DNA of 64,000 nt from an uncultured Candidatus Saccharibacteria bacterium (GTDB lineage Bacteria; Patescibacteriota; Minisyncoccia; Phycocordibacterales; UBA918). The notes beneath the pieces are model-generated. The model did not search any database. It worked only from the letters and a program-made list of their open reading frames with translations, and was not told where the DNA came from. The position numbers were made by a program, and so were the translations under genes. Of this stretch, positions 1 to 9,491 are shown one piece after another; within the stretch, counting starts at the first letter, position 1; each line of letters begins with the position of its first letter. The DNA lies in contig CAZKFF010000002.1 in the NCBI GenBank assembly GCA_964552045.1, positions 3,855 to 67,854 of the forward strand, written 5' to 3'.

Positions 1-689
1 TCATCTTTCTGCTTGTGCCGGCCATTCTCGCGGGATATGACCCGGCTGTGATAAGCATTGCGATCGCAGGAGGCATATTGGCGCTGGTGCTGTTCCTCAC
101 TCACGGCATCAATGCGCGTTCGACCATTGCTTTCGGAGGGACATTCGCGGCGGTGATCGTTACCTGCCTGATCGCGTGGTTTTTCGTGGACATCATGAAG
201 CTTACCGGTTTCGGTTCAGACGCGTCGGTCTATCTCAATTTCTCGACCAATGGCGCGCTTGATTTCGCAGGCTTGCTATTGGCGAGCATCATCATCGGTA
301 TCTTGGGCGTGCTTGATGACGTGTCCATCACACAGGCATCGGTCGTGCAGGAGCTTAGGCACGCAAACCCTGCGCTTACGGCTCCCCAGCTGTATGCCCG
401 GGCGATCAAAGTGGGGAAGGATCACATCGGCTCACTGGTAAACACGCTTGCGCTCGCATACATCGGCGTGTCGTTGCCGCTCGTACTCTTATATGCAACG
501 GCCGATGCTTCGGTTGCGCTTACGCTCAATCAGGAAGTGGTCGCCGCAGAACTGGTGCGCATCATTGTCGGCAGTATCGGTCTCGTGCTTGCCATACCGA
601 TTACCACGATCATCGCCGCATGGTGGTTTTCGGAACATACGGTTGACGAAAATGACATTGCGCCCCATGATCATGGTCATGTGCATTGA
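1..689 (+). CDS. YibE/F-family integral membrane protein (5' end truncated by window edge)
   Basis: Long multi-TM ORF running in from the window start, with a His-rich C-terminus; resemblance to YibE/F membrane proteins is from memory. Confidence 0.55.
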   Translation, partial: IFLLVPAILAGYDPAVISIAIAGGILALVLFLTHGINARSTIAFGGTFAAVIVTCLIAWFFVDIMKLTGFGSDASVYLNFSTNGALDFAGLLLASIIIGILGVLDDVSITQASVVQELRHANPALTAPQLYARAIKVGKDHIGSLVNTLALAYIGVSLPLVLLYATADASVALTLNQEVVAAELVRIIVGSIGLVLAIPITTIIAAWWFSEHTVDENDIAPHDHGHVH

Positions 690-720
690 AGCAGTGTTTA
701 CTCACGAATAACAAAAATCT

Positions 721-1125
721 ATGCATCCCGTACACAACTTCATTGAGGAATTCAAAAAGTTCGCCATGCGCGGCAATGTCGTCGATCTTGCCGTGGGTAT
801 CGTCATCGGCGCGGCGTTCCAGAAGATCGTCACGTCGCTCGTTAACAACATCATTACGCCGCTCATCGGCTCGCTCATGGGGGGAGTGGATTTTACCGGC
901 TATGCGATCACCATCCGGGAGTCCGAGATCACGTATGGCGTCTTCATACAGTCGATCATAGATTTCATCATCGTTGCGCTTGCCATTTTTATTGCGATCA
1001 AGGTGATGAACGAGCTGCAGAAAAAGGAGAACGCCAAACCCGAGGAGAAAAAAGTAGTCGAACCAAGTGAAGAGGTAAAACTTTTGCGCGAGATACGCGA
1101 CGCGCTGCAAAAAAAGCAGCAATAG
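721..1125 (+). CDS. mscL: Large-conductance mechanosensitive channel
   Basis: 134 aa; N-terminal [18 protein letters not shown] motif, two TM segments and a charged C-terminal helix typical of MscL. Confidence 0.85.
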   Translation: MHPVHNFIEEFKKFAMRGNVVDLAVGIVIGAAFQKIVTSLVNNIITPLIGSLMGGVDFTGYAITIRESEITYGVFIQSIIDFIIVALAIFIAIKVMNELQKKENAKPEEKKVVEPSEEVKLLREIRDALQKKQQ

Positions 1126-1129
1126 AAGA

Positions 1130-1160
1130 AAAAGCCACGCAAAATGCGCGGCTTTTTCTT
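1130..1160 (+). terminator. Probable intrinsic terminator after mscL
   Basis: GC hairpin gccacgc/gcgcggc followed by a T-run. Confidence 0.45.
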
Positions 1161-1629
1161 CTATCCGCATCACAACACATGCATGCGCTCTTGCGCAAGC
1201 GGCTGTTACGTTGCTATCCACAGCTTTGTGTGCGGAGCATGCAAAATGCTCAGAAAAAAGAAGCTTATTTTCCAACGCATTCACATTGCGTCTGCCGGAA
1301 GATGTACACAAAAAGCATGTGTGGAGCGTTATTTTGTGATTCCGTTTGGGTGTCTTACTATCTAGTTATCACTCGATGACTCCAAACCGAGTGTGTGTGG
1401 AGGACAGACACGCACGCAGGCTTCTGAAGCCTCATGCGCCATGTATGAAGAGCATGGCAGTGTCTTCGACTCTCTTTTTCAGGGCAGATCTTTCTTAAAA
1501 ATGATTGTGCCTTCGCTTATATACACGCGAAGGAATACATACACACCACCGATTATTTTTGTGAGAGATCTCCCGCCATTGCCTTTCTGATGCAGATCAG
1601 AGGGTGTTTACTAGCCCTAGAAAAGTATC

Positions 1630-4503
1630 ATGTTTACCGAGGTTACAAAGCGAAACGGCACTAAAGTGCCGTTCAATCCCGAGAAGATCATTAGTGCGAT
1701 GCGTAAGGCATTCGTTGCAGAGAACACGCCGGTTGACGACACAGTGCTCCGCCAGATGACCGACCGTGTCGTAGCGAAGCTGCAACTCCTCTTCGAAGGA
1801 AAGACGGAATGTCCGACCGTTGAGATGGTCCAGGATTTCGTGGAAGAGACGCTCATGGAGCGCGGCTATTTCACTGTCGCAAAAGCATACATCCTGTACC
1901 GCTTCAAGCAGACAGAGGTCCGCAAAGACGAGGTCGTGACGCAGATCGAGGAGAATCGGCTCATGATCAAGACAGCACGGGGAGAAGAGCAGTTCTCACG
2001 AGAGGAAATGCGCACGTACATTGAGCAGTTCATCGATGGTGTTGAGAAAGACATCGATGTCGATGGTGTGCTCAACCAGCTTGAACGCGAGGTGTACGAC
2101 GGCATTTCCACAAAAGAGCTTTCAAAGCTCGTCACGCTGGTGCTGCGCGCGAAGATCGAGCTCGATCCAGCGTACTCGCAGGTGGCTGCCCGGCAGCTTT
2201 CAGCGCGCCTCTATGAGGAAGCGATCGCTCCTGATGTGAGGCCCGGCGATGCGGATTTCATACAGAAGTACCGCGATGCATACGCCAAGAACATCACGCT
2301 TGCCGTTGCCGAGAAGAAACTTGCTCCGGGTATGCTCGACTTTGATCTCGCAAAGATCGCTGCAGCTATAGAGCCATCACGCGATGACCTGTTCCGATAC
2401 CTCGGCGTGGAGACGCTCCATGACCGCTATTTCATCCGTGCGGAAGACGGGCGGGTGCTCGAGACGCCGCAGTTCATGTGGATGCGTGTGGCGATGGGCC
2501 TCGCGCTCGAAGAAAAAGAGAAGGAGGCCCGAGCCATCGAGTTTTATGAGGTGATGTCAACGTTACGCTTTGTGCCGTCTACCCCTACACTGTTCCATGC
2601 GGGTACGCCGCATCCGCAGCTTTCGTCGTGTTACCTCAACGTTGTTGAGGACGATCTCAACCATATCTTCAAGGTGTTTGGAGACAACGCGCAGCTTTCG
2701 AAGTGGGCAGGAGGGATCGGTACCGCGTGGAGCAAGCTCCGCGCAACCGGTGCACTGATCAAGACCGCCGGCATCACCTCGCAGGGAACCATTCCGTTTC
2801 TGAAGATCGCAAACGATGTCACGGTCGCCATCAACCGTTCAGGCCGCCGCCGCGGTGCGACCTGTGTGTACATGGAGAATTGGCACTACGATTTTCCGGA
2901 CTTTTTGGAACTCAAAAAGAACACGGGAGATGAACGCCGCCGTGCGCACGATATGAACACCGCTTCCTGGGTCTCTGACCTCTTCATGAAGCGGGTCAAG
3001 GAGGATGGCGACTGGACCTTGTTCTCGCCGGATGAAGCGGTTGACCTTACCGAGACATACGGCAGGGAGTTTGAAGAACTCTACACTAAGTATGAAGCTA
3101 TGGCGGAGCGCGGCGAGATACACCTCTTCAAGAAGATGAAGGCGCGCGAGCTCTGGAAGAAGCACATCAGCATGCTCTTTGAGACAGGCCATCCGTGGAT
3201 CACCTTCAAGGACCCGAGCAACATTCGTTCGCCGCAGGACCATGCGGGCGTGGTGCACAACTCGAACCTCTGCACGGAGATCACGCTCAACACGTCTGCA
3301 ACAGAAACAGCGGTGTGCAACCTCGGTTCGGTGAACTTTGCTGAACACATCACCAACGGTCAGTTTGATACGGAGAAGGTGAAGGCAACCGTAGCGATCG
3401 CTATGCGCATGCTCGACAATGTCATTGATCTCAACTTCTATCCGACCAAGGAAGCGCAGTATTCGAACATGAAGCACCGCCCGGTCGGGCTCGGCGTTAT
3501 GGGATTCCACGATGCGCTCTACGCGCTTGATATCAACTTCGCCTCAGAGGAGTGTGTGACATTCGCCGATACGTCTATGGAAGTGGTGTCATACGCGGCG
3601 ATCCTCTCTTCAACCGAACTCGCACGCGAACGCGGAAGCTATGAGAGCTTCCCGGGAAGCAAGTGGGACCGCGGACTGCTTCCGGTTGACACCATTAAGC
3701 TCCTTGAAGAGAACAGAGGGCTGTCAACCACCATCGACAATACCGAACGGCTCGACTGGGCGCCGGTGCGCGAAGCGATCAAGAAGTACGGCATGCGCAA
3801 CAGCAACTGCATGGCGATCGCTCCAACAGCGACCATCTCGAACATTGCGGGATCAGTGCCGGGCATAGAACCGATCTACAAGAACATCTATGTGAAGTCG
3901 AATATATCCGGAGACTTTATCGTGGTCAATGAGGCCTTGGTGAATGATCTCAAGAAGCGGGGAATGTGGAGCAAGGAGATGCTCGACACCTTGAAGTTCA
4001 ATGACGGGTCCATCCGTCACATTCCGGGCATTCCACAGGAACTTAAGGAGAAGTACCGCGAGACCTTCGAGATCGACATGAAATGGCTTATGAAGGCTTC
4101 GGCGAGCCGCGGCAAGTGGATCGACCAGTCACAATCCGTGAATATCTTCTATGCAGGAACCTCAGGCAAGGAGATCAGCGACCTCTACCTGTACGCATGG
4201 GAACTCGGCGTGAAGACCACCTACTATCTGCGTAGCTTAGGCGCATCGCAGGTGGAGAAGTCCACGATCAACGCCGCAGGTACGCAGCTGCGGAAGAAGC
4301 ATGACGAGGAGGGAACAGGCGAAGCTTCTGAAGCGGCAGCAGGCGCAGAAGCGCCGATCGTCTCGCCGCTTGCGACCCCTTCGCCTATCCAGAAAGAGCA
4401 GATAGATGCAGCGAAGGTTGCGCACGCTGCGCCTACTCCTGCTCAGATGGCGCAGATCAGGCTGCATGTGGCGGAGGACGCGGTGTGCGAGTCCTGCCAG
4501 TAA
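1630..4503 (+). CDS. nrdA: Ribonucleoside-diphosphate reductase alpha subunit (class I) with N-terminal ATP cone
   Basis: 957 aa; ATP-cone N-terminus (VTKRNGTKVPFNPEKI), conserved RNR catalytic core, C-terminal Cys pair (CESCQ). Confidence 0.95.
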   Translation: MFTEVTKRNGTKVPFNPEKIISAMRKAFVAENTPVDDTVLRQMTDRVVAKLQLLFEGKTECPTVEMVQDFVEETLMERGYFTVAKAYILYRFKQTEVRKDEVVTQIEENRLMIKTARGEEQFSREEMRTYIEQFIDGVEKDIDVDGVLNQLEREVYDGISTKELSKLVTLVLRAKIELDPAYSQVAARQLSARLYEEAIAPDVRPGDADFIQKYRDAYAKNITLAVAEKKLAPGMLDFDLAKIAAAIEPSRDDLFRYLGVETLHDRYFIRAEDGRVLETPQFMWMRVAMGLALEEKEKEARAIEFYEVMSTLRFVPSTPTLFHAGTPHPQLSSCYLNVVEDDLNHIFKVFGDNAQLSKWAGGIGTAWSKLRATGALIKTAGITSQGTIPFLKIANDVTVAINRSGRRRGATCVYMENWHYDFPDFLELKKNTGDERRRAHDMNTASWVSDLFMKRVKEDGDWTLFSPDEAVDLTETYGREFEELYTKYEAMAERGEIHLFKKMKARELWKKHISMLFETGHPWITFKDPSNIRSPQDHAGVVHNSNLCTEITLNTSATETAVCNLGSVNFAEHITNGQFDTEKVKATVAIAMRMLDNVIDLNFYPTKEAQYSNMKHRPVGLGVMGFHDALYALDINFASEECVTFADTSMEVVSYAAILSSTELARERGSYESFPGSKWDRGLLPVDTIKLLEENRGLSTTIDNTERLDWAPVREAIKKYGMRNSNCMAIAPTATISNIAGSVPGIEPIYKNIYVKSNISGDFIVVNEALVNDLKKRGMWSKEMLDTLKFNDGSIRHIPGIPQELKEKYRETFEIDMKWLMKASASRGKWIDQSQSVNIFYAGTSGKEISDLYLYAWELGVKTTYYLRSLGASQVEKSTINAAGTQLRKKHDEEGTGEASEAAAGAEAPIVSPLATPSPIQKEQIDAAKVAHAAPTPAQMAQIRLHVAEDAVCESCQ

Positions 4504-4574
4504 AGAGCAGCGCAGTGGTGTGTATTGCTTGGCAAGCGAAGACGGGCGGTAGGGTATACTGATGAGCATAGAAG

Positions 4575-4626
4575 AGGCGCCTGGCAGGGATTGTGTAACG
4601 CGATACGCAGTCCCCGCCAGGCGCCT
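4575..4626 (+). promoter_or_regulatory. Near-perfect 16-bp stem-loop in the nrdA-nrdB intergenic region
   Basis: aggcgcctggcaggga ... tccccgccaggcgcct inverted repeat with one mismatch and no T-run; possible processing or stability element. Confidence 0.4.
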
Positions 4627-4726
4627 CTTACCCCCTCTGATGCATTGAAATGCATTGTCTTGCACGGGTTGTGCAATCCCTTTACAATACCCGCACACGA
4701 GAGCTTATTAACGCTAATTCATTACT

Positions 4727-5728
4727 ATGGAAAAGAAAGGAATCATCAACAACTCATCAACGGACCCCAACAAGATCCTTCCGATGAAATATAAATGGGC
4801 GCGCGAGCACTACAAGGCCGGAGTCGCAAACAACTGGACGCCGGAGGAGATCTCCATGCAGCTCGACATTGAGCTCTGGAAGAAAGAAGGCGGCCTCACC
4901 GAAGATGAGCGACGCATGATCTTGTGGAACCTCGGTTTCTTTTCGACCGCTGAGTCACTGACCGCCAACAACCTCGTGCTTGCGGTATACAACCATGTGA
5001 CCAACCCTGAGTCGCGCCAGTATCTTCTGCGCCAGGCGTACGAGGAAGCAGTCCATACCGACACGTTCATCTACTGCTGCGATTCTTTGGGTCTCGATCC
5101 CGATGAGATCTACAACATGTACGAGACCATTCCGTCGATCAAAGCGAAGGATGAGTTCGTGGTCAACTTCACCAAGTCGGTGTTTGATCCGAATTTCAAG
5201 ACCGACAGTCTTGAGAACATCCAGCGGTTCGTTCACGACCTCATCGGTTTCTACGTCATCATGGAAGGCATTTTCTTTTATGCAGGATTCGCAATGATGC
5301 TCTCACTCAAGCGCCAGAACAAGATGCCGGGGACTTCGGACCAGTTCCAGTACATTCTCCGCGACGAGTCCATTCACCTCGCATTCGGTATCGACCTCAT
5401 CAACACCATCAAGGCTGAGAATCCGGAGGTCTGGACCGAGCCGTTCATTGCTGATATCACTGCGAAGATCAAGCAGGCGGTTGAGCTTGAAAAAGGGTAT
5501 GTTGATGACGCGATGCCGAAAGGCATCCTGGGTCTCAATCCGACAAGCGTGAAAGAGTATGTAGAGTATATTGCGGACCGCCGCTTCGAACGTCTGGGAC
5601 TGCCGGTGCAGTACAACACGCAGACGCCGTTCCCGTGGATGAGCGAAGTGATCGACATGCCGAAGGAGAAGAACTTCTTCGAGACGAAAGTGACCGAATA
5701 CAAAACCGGCGGAAGCCTGGAGTGGTAA
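4727..5728 (+). CDS. nrdB: Ribonucleoside-diphosphate reductase beta subunit
   Basis: 333 aa; ferritin-like di-iron and tyrosyl-radical family features, immediately downstream of nrdA. Confidence 0.95.
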   Translation: MEKKGIINNSSTDPNKILPMKYKWAREHYKAGVANNWTPEEISMQLDIELWKKEGGLTEDERRMILWNLGFFSTAESLTANNLVLAVYNHVTNPESRQYLLRQAYEEAVHTDTFIYCCDSLGLDPDEIYNMYETIPSIKAKDEFVVNFTKSVFDPNFKTDSLENIQRFVHDLIGFYVIMEGIFFYAGFAMMLSLKRQNKMPGTSDQFQYILRDESIHLAFGIDLINTIKAENPEVWTEPFIADITAKIKQAVELEKGYVDDAMPKGILGLNPTSVKEYVEYIADRRFERLGLPVQYNTQTPFPWMSEVIDMPKEKNFFETKVTEYKTGGSLEW

Positions 5729-5768
5729 AACGCCCTGCTCTTCGAAGTCTTACAAATAAAAAGAAAAC

Positions 5769-5812
5769 GGCCTGCTCAAGAAACGGTAGGTCGTTTTCTT
5801 GTGCAGGCCTTT
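5769..5812. terminator. Convergent (bidirectional) terminator hairpin between nrdB and the minus-strand gene
   Basis: Long imperfect hairpin ggcctgc...gcaggcc flanked by A/T runs on both sides. Confidence 0.5.
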
Positions 5813-5820
5813 GGTGTTCC

Positions 5821-6339
5821 TCAGAGCATGAGGCCGCCGTGATAGCGATGCCATCCGGAATTTTTGTCATCAAGCGCTCCGAGCGCCGGTCCGAGGGTCT
5901 CCAGGCCGCAGAAATAGTCGAAACGGGAAGCCTCAGGCTGGTTTCTGTAGATGAGCCCTTCGTTCTTGAAGATGACCTGTCGCGGCCCTCGACCGGCGTT
6001 GAACGTCCGCTTCCGGTACTCTTCGGCAAGCGCACGCTTCAAAAAGGGGATGAGGCAATCAGGGTACTGCCCGAAGTAATGCATCATCCAGACGAGCGTG
6101 CCATCGAAATAGATATGCGTCGCTCCTCCGGAAAAGGTGCTCACTGGCGTTATGTGCCATGTGTCGGACAGCAGCCACGCGTCACGTTCGAAGACGTTCT
6201 GCTTTGAGCCCGGCTGATTCGGCACTGCTTTCGGTTTTGATCTTTCCGAAGCGTACCCGGCGGTCATGGCGCTAAAGTAGAAGTCCTGGATGATCGACGG
6301 GTCATCACGAAGCGCTGTGAGGCTTACTTTTTCAGTCAT
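5821..6339 (-). CDS. Hypothetical protein
   Basis: 172-aa ORF with start chosen at the internal Met (MTEKVSL); no confident family assignment. Confidence 0.45.
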   Translation of the reverse strand: MTEKVSLTALRDDPSIIQDFYFSAMTAGYASERSKPKAVPNQPGSKQNVFERDAWLLSDTWHITPVSTFSGGATHIYFDGTLVWMMHYFGQYPDCLIPFLKRALAEEYRKRTFNAGRGPRQVIFKNEGLIYRNQPEASRFDYFCGLETLGPALGALDDKNSGWHRYHGGLML

Positions 6340-6559
6340 GGATTCCTCCAAAAGGTACAAAGGTCCAATGTCACTATAGGTGGAATCCCGGGAAAAGCAA
6401 CTATACGCTGAGTCTGTACTGGAAAGATAGTACCGGTCACCTGCATGCATGCGCACACATTTTCTTTACATATGATGATTCTGTCCTATAACGCTCATGC
6501 GTCATAAATACGTGGTACAACAGTACTGAGCACTGGTGCTCAACCTCAAGGAGGAGTAC

Positions 6560-6919
6560 ATGAACGAGACGATCAAGAGGTGGCTCAGCCCACAGTCGAT
6601 GATCTCCGGAGCAGTCATCATCTGCGGACTCGGGTTCGGGTTCAATGTCGTGACCTTCACGAGCTCAGCCAAGAGCGCCGCCGATGTGCAGACGCGCACA
6701 GCGGTGGTCGCTGCGCTTACGCCGATCTGCGTGGCGGCCGCGAATGCCGATCCGCTGCGTGACCAGCGTCTGGCCGAGCTGCAGGAAGCCTCGTCGTACC
6801 AACGGACGACCATCGTCACCGACTTCGGATGGGCGACGTTCCCGGGAACCGACAAGGCCAACAGCACCGTGGCCAAGGCGTGCGTCACCGAAGCACTCAA
6901 GCTCCAGACGGACGCCTAG
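6560..6919 (+). CDS. Small membrane-anchored or secreted hypothetical protein
   Basis: GGAGG Shine-Dalgarno (SD) 8 nt upstream of ATG 6560; N-terminal TM/signal segment. Confidence 0.5.
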   Translation: MNETIKRWLSPQSMISGAVIICGLGFGFNVVTFTSSAKSAADVQTRTAVVAALTPICVAAANADPLRDQRLAELQEASSYQRTTIVTDFGWATFPGTDKANSTVAKACVTEALKLQTDA

Positions 6920-6933
6920 ACGCCGTTTCCCTA

Positions 6934-6963
6934 ATCGCCCGGTTCACCCCGGGCGATTTTTTG
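6934..6963 (+). terminator. Intrinsic terminator
   Basis: atcgcccgg/ccgggcgat hairpin followed by TTTTTT. Confidence 0.7.
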
Positions 6964-6989
6964 ACCACCGCATCCGCAAAAAGCAAACG

Positions 6990-7271
6990 GATGATGCTGG
7001 ACGTGATACGAAAAGACGGGGATTGATTAATGTGTACGCGTGTGCTTTTCTAAGAACAGAAGAGCGTGTCCGCGGTGATCGGGTGGAAGAAGGTAGAGAA
7101 GAATCCGATAAACCTCCGATAGTAACCAAGAATAAAAGGAGGACAATACTAGCCCGACACGGGCACATGACCTGTTGTAGTGGGCGGCCCGGTGGGATAG
7201 ACCTCCGCTCTTCGCTCCATAGAAAGGAGGTGAACATTTCAAGGCCGGCGCAGAGCGCCCGGCCTTTTTAT
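6990..7271 (+). ncRNA. Candidate orphan structured RNA ending in a strong intrinsic terminator
   Basis: ~280 nt with no credible ORF, two AAAGGAGG tracts lacking nearby start codons, GC hairpin ggccggcg/cgcccggcc plus T-run at 7243-7271; no plus-strand gene follows. Confidence 0.3.
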
Positions 7272-7345
7272 ATGAAAAGACGACTCAGGGTATGAGTCGT
7301 ACATTTTGCCTGCCGCAAAGTATTTGCGGCAGGCATGGGTAAGGT

Positions 7346-7747
7346 TCAGAAGGACGGAGCCTTGGTGAGGTTGAGCACGCGCTGTGCGGCGATCGCAGGG
7401 CTGATGAATGCCCCGTGGCATCCGCACCCGATCTCGTGCGCATAGTGGTGCGCCGATTGCGACATACGCGGGAACCCGAGGGCGTCCATGACCCCGCCGA
7501 CGGTCTGGTCGGTTGCGATGCCGACGTCCTTCAGGCTGTTTGCGATGGTCTCGAAGACCGTCCCCGCAACCGGAAGATGGTCCACCTCTTCCTGAGGCCG
7601 GTGCTCAATGCGGTCGATACCGCCGAGATTGTTCATCGGCAGCGCTGCGATATCCGACGCGATGAGCTTCAAGAGCTCATCGCGGGGAAGCTCATTCGCC
7701 GGCTTGTTGTCAGCCGCTTTCAGCTCATCACCGGCAATTGTGTCCAT
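7346..7747 (-). CDS. Hypothetical protein with C-terminal HEIGCGCHG motif
   Basis: 133 aa, GGAGGA SD before ATG; Cys/His motif suggests a metal- or redox-associated small domain. Confidence 0.5.
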   Translation of the reverse strand: MDTIAGDELKAADNKPANELPRDELLKLIASDIAALPMNNLGGIDRIEHRPQEEVDHLPVAGTVFETIANSLKDVGIATDQTVGGVMDALGFPRMSQSAHHYAHEIGCGCHGAFISPAIAAQRVLNLTKAPSF

Positions 7748-7968
7748 TGCATTCCTCCGTGTCTAGGATCTCTGGCCTCTGCACCGCAGTTCCAGACGAA
7801 TGATAGTAGTGAAAGTACGGCTGAGTGTCAATGGTATCTGCCAGCCCGTCTTCATGTGAACTTCATATGCGTTTGGGATACTCAGCAGTATACTTGTATG
7901 CATAGCATAGGTTTTATTGCATTGCGCAGGCAACCGGGCAGTCATTAATCACATAACAAGCACATTTT

Positions 7969-8583
7969 ATGAACAAGTCAGCAGCAGCGGTGGTCATCAT
8001 CGGAGTTGTCCTGGCGCTTCTGGCGCTTGTGGTATTTCTCTTCTCACGGGGCAATATAGAGCTTCTGACGCCGGTGTTCCTCAACGTCACACAGCAGCAG
8101 GAAGAAGCCGATGACTTGCAAACGCCGACTTCCACCGCTCCTGAAGTAACGGAAACTCCTGCAGCAAGCGGGGGTAGTACCGCGTCTCCATCAGCTGCTC
8201 TCAACGCGGTCTATCTCGGTGAAGTGGAGTCGGGGAATGCAGTTAGCGTAGCGTCTGCGACGCTCAACCGTCCGGGTTATATCGTTCTGTACAGGATCAA
8301 CAGCCAGGGCGACAGCCGGATGCTGGGGCATTCCGATCTGCTGTCCGGAACGGTCTTCAATACGAAAGTGCGGCTTGACCAGCTTATCGTAGATGATCAG
8401 GCTCTGGTTGCGGTCTTGCACGAAGATGATGGCGACGGCAGCTTCGACAATCCAGGCGACGGCTACCTCACCAATGACGGTCAATTAGTGAGTGACATTG
8501 ATGTCGTCGGCACTCAGCGGAATTATCGGGAAAGCACGACTCTTGAGCGGCAAGTGCAGATGTATCTGGAAAATAATTTCTAG
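7969..8583 (+). CDS. Membrane-anchored extracytoplasmic hypothetical protein
   Basis: N-terminal TM helix, Thr/Pro/Ala-rich linker, then a C-terminal globular region. Confidence 0.55.
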   Translation: MNKSAAAVVIIGVVLALLALVVFLFSRGNIELLTPVFLNVTQQQEEADDLQTPTSTAPEVTETPAASGGSTASPSAALNAVYLGEVESGNAVSVASATLNRPGYIVLYRINSQGDSRMLGHSDLLSGTVFNTKVRLDQLIVDDQALVAVLHEDDGDGSFDNPGDGYLTNDGQLVSDIDVVGTQRNYRESTTLERQVQMYLENNF

Positions 8584-8593
8584 TGCTTTATGA

Positions 8594-8631
8594 AAAAGGG
8601 CCGGAAGCGAAACTTCCGGCCCTTGTGTGTT
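8594..8631. terminator. Bidirectional intrinsic terminator
   Basis: gggccggaag/cttccggccc hairpin with an A-run upstream and T-run downstream, between convergent genes. Confidence 0.7.
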
Positions 8632-8647
8632 GCCGCGGCAATGACGC

Positions 8648-9334
8648 TCAGGCGTTGTCGAAGTGAGGGTTCCCCGTATCCCAGGCTGCGATGTACCGTG
8701 TGCGAGTGACGACGCCATCGGTGAGCGTGAGGACCAAAAACGGGTCGAGGCCGAATGACTCGACATAGACACGCGCCCCGGACAGGGAGGACGCCGCACG
8801 TGCACGCGCGTGCAGGTGTGCCGGTATGCGGTATCGCGTGAGCGAATCCGCGTCGAAGGCCATGACCTGCATGCGCATCCAGACGCTCGCCGCCTTCATG
8901 AAGGGGGTGTCAGAGGGCAGGAACAGAGGATGCCTGGCCTCGACGATCGCGAAAAGGACGATGTAGGACACTAGCAGGATCACTGCTCCGGCGATACTCC
9001 CTGCTGCTGCAACAAACGGCAGCGCCGGCAGTCCGAAGACTGGAGCGACGAACGCCATGATGACGCAGGCGACGAACGTCGACGCGCCTGCGGCAGCATA
9101 CCGCTTCAGCCACTCGTTGTTCAGCATCAAGGAGGGCAGGAAGATGCTTGAGAGCAGGTACATGAGCGGTCCGACGAGCTTATACAGCCCGATCCGGCTT
9201 TCTTGCACCATCGTGCGCTTGTGGGCGCCGACCTCGGCACGTGGAAGCACGGGGATCCCGAGCGCCTCCAGTTGCGCATCAAGCGGAAGCGGTCGTGCTT
9301 CCGTAATGGCTGTGGCAGTCATTGCCATATTCAT
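8648..9334 (-). CDS. Membrane protein, possibly bacterial PH-domain (YdbS/YdbT-like)
   Basis: Start set at the internal MNMAMT preceded by GGAGAG; two TM helices followed by a soluble domain. Confidence 0.45.
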   Translation of the reverse strand: MNMAMTATAITEARPLPLDAQLEALGIPVLPRAEVGAHKRTMVQESRIGLYKLVGPLMYLLSSIFLPSLMLNNEWLKRYAAAGASTFVACVIMAFVAPVFGLPALPFVAAAGSIAGAVILLVSYIVLFAIVEARHPLFLPSDTPFMKAASVWMRMQVMAFDADSLTRYRIPAHLHARARAASSLSGARVYVESFGLDPFLVLTLTDGVVTRTRYIAAWDTGNPHFDNA

Positions 9335-9491
9335 TGGACTCTCCCTAGAACGTGCGACGGACCATCCGCCGCTTCCGCAGATGAGTATGCCACCGCGCCT
9401 CGCTTTTAGCAATTGTACGGAAAAACTATACAAGTGACGGATCAGATTGCATGAAAAAAGAGACCAGTATTTTTTGGTATACTGGGGTCAT

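Noticed and set aside
6990-7271. tmRNA hypothesis for the orphan RNA (GGGGATTGATT resembles a tmRNA 5' end)
   Set aside because: No T-arm or acceptor 3' strand (GGTTCGA...CCA) within 400 nt downstream
6684-7295. 203-aa Arg-rich plus-strand ORF
   Set aside because: It overlaps a well-supported gene with SD and terminator, and continues through a region better explained as non-coding structured RNA
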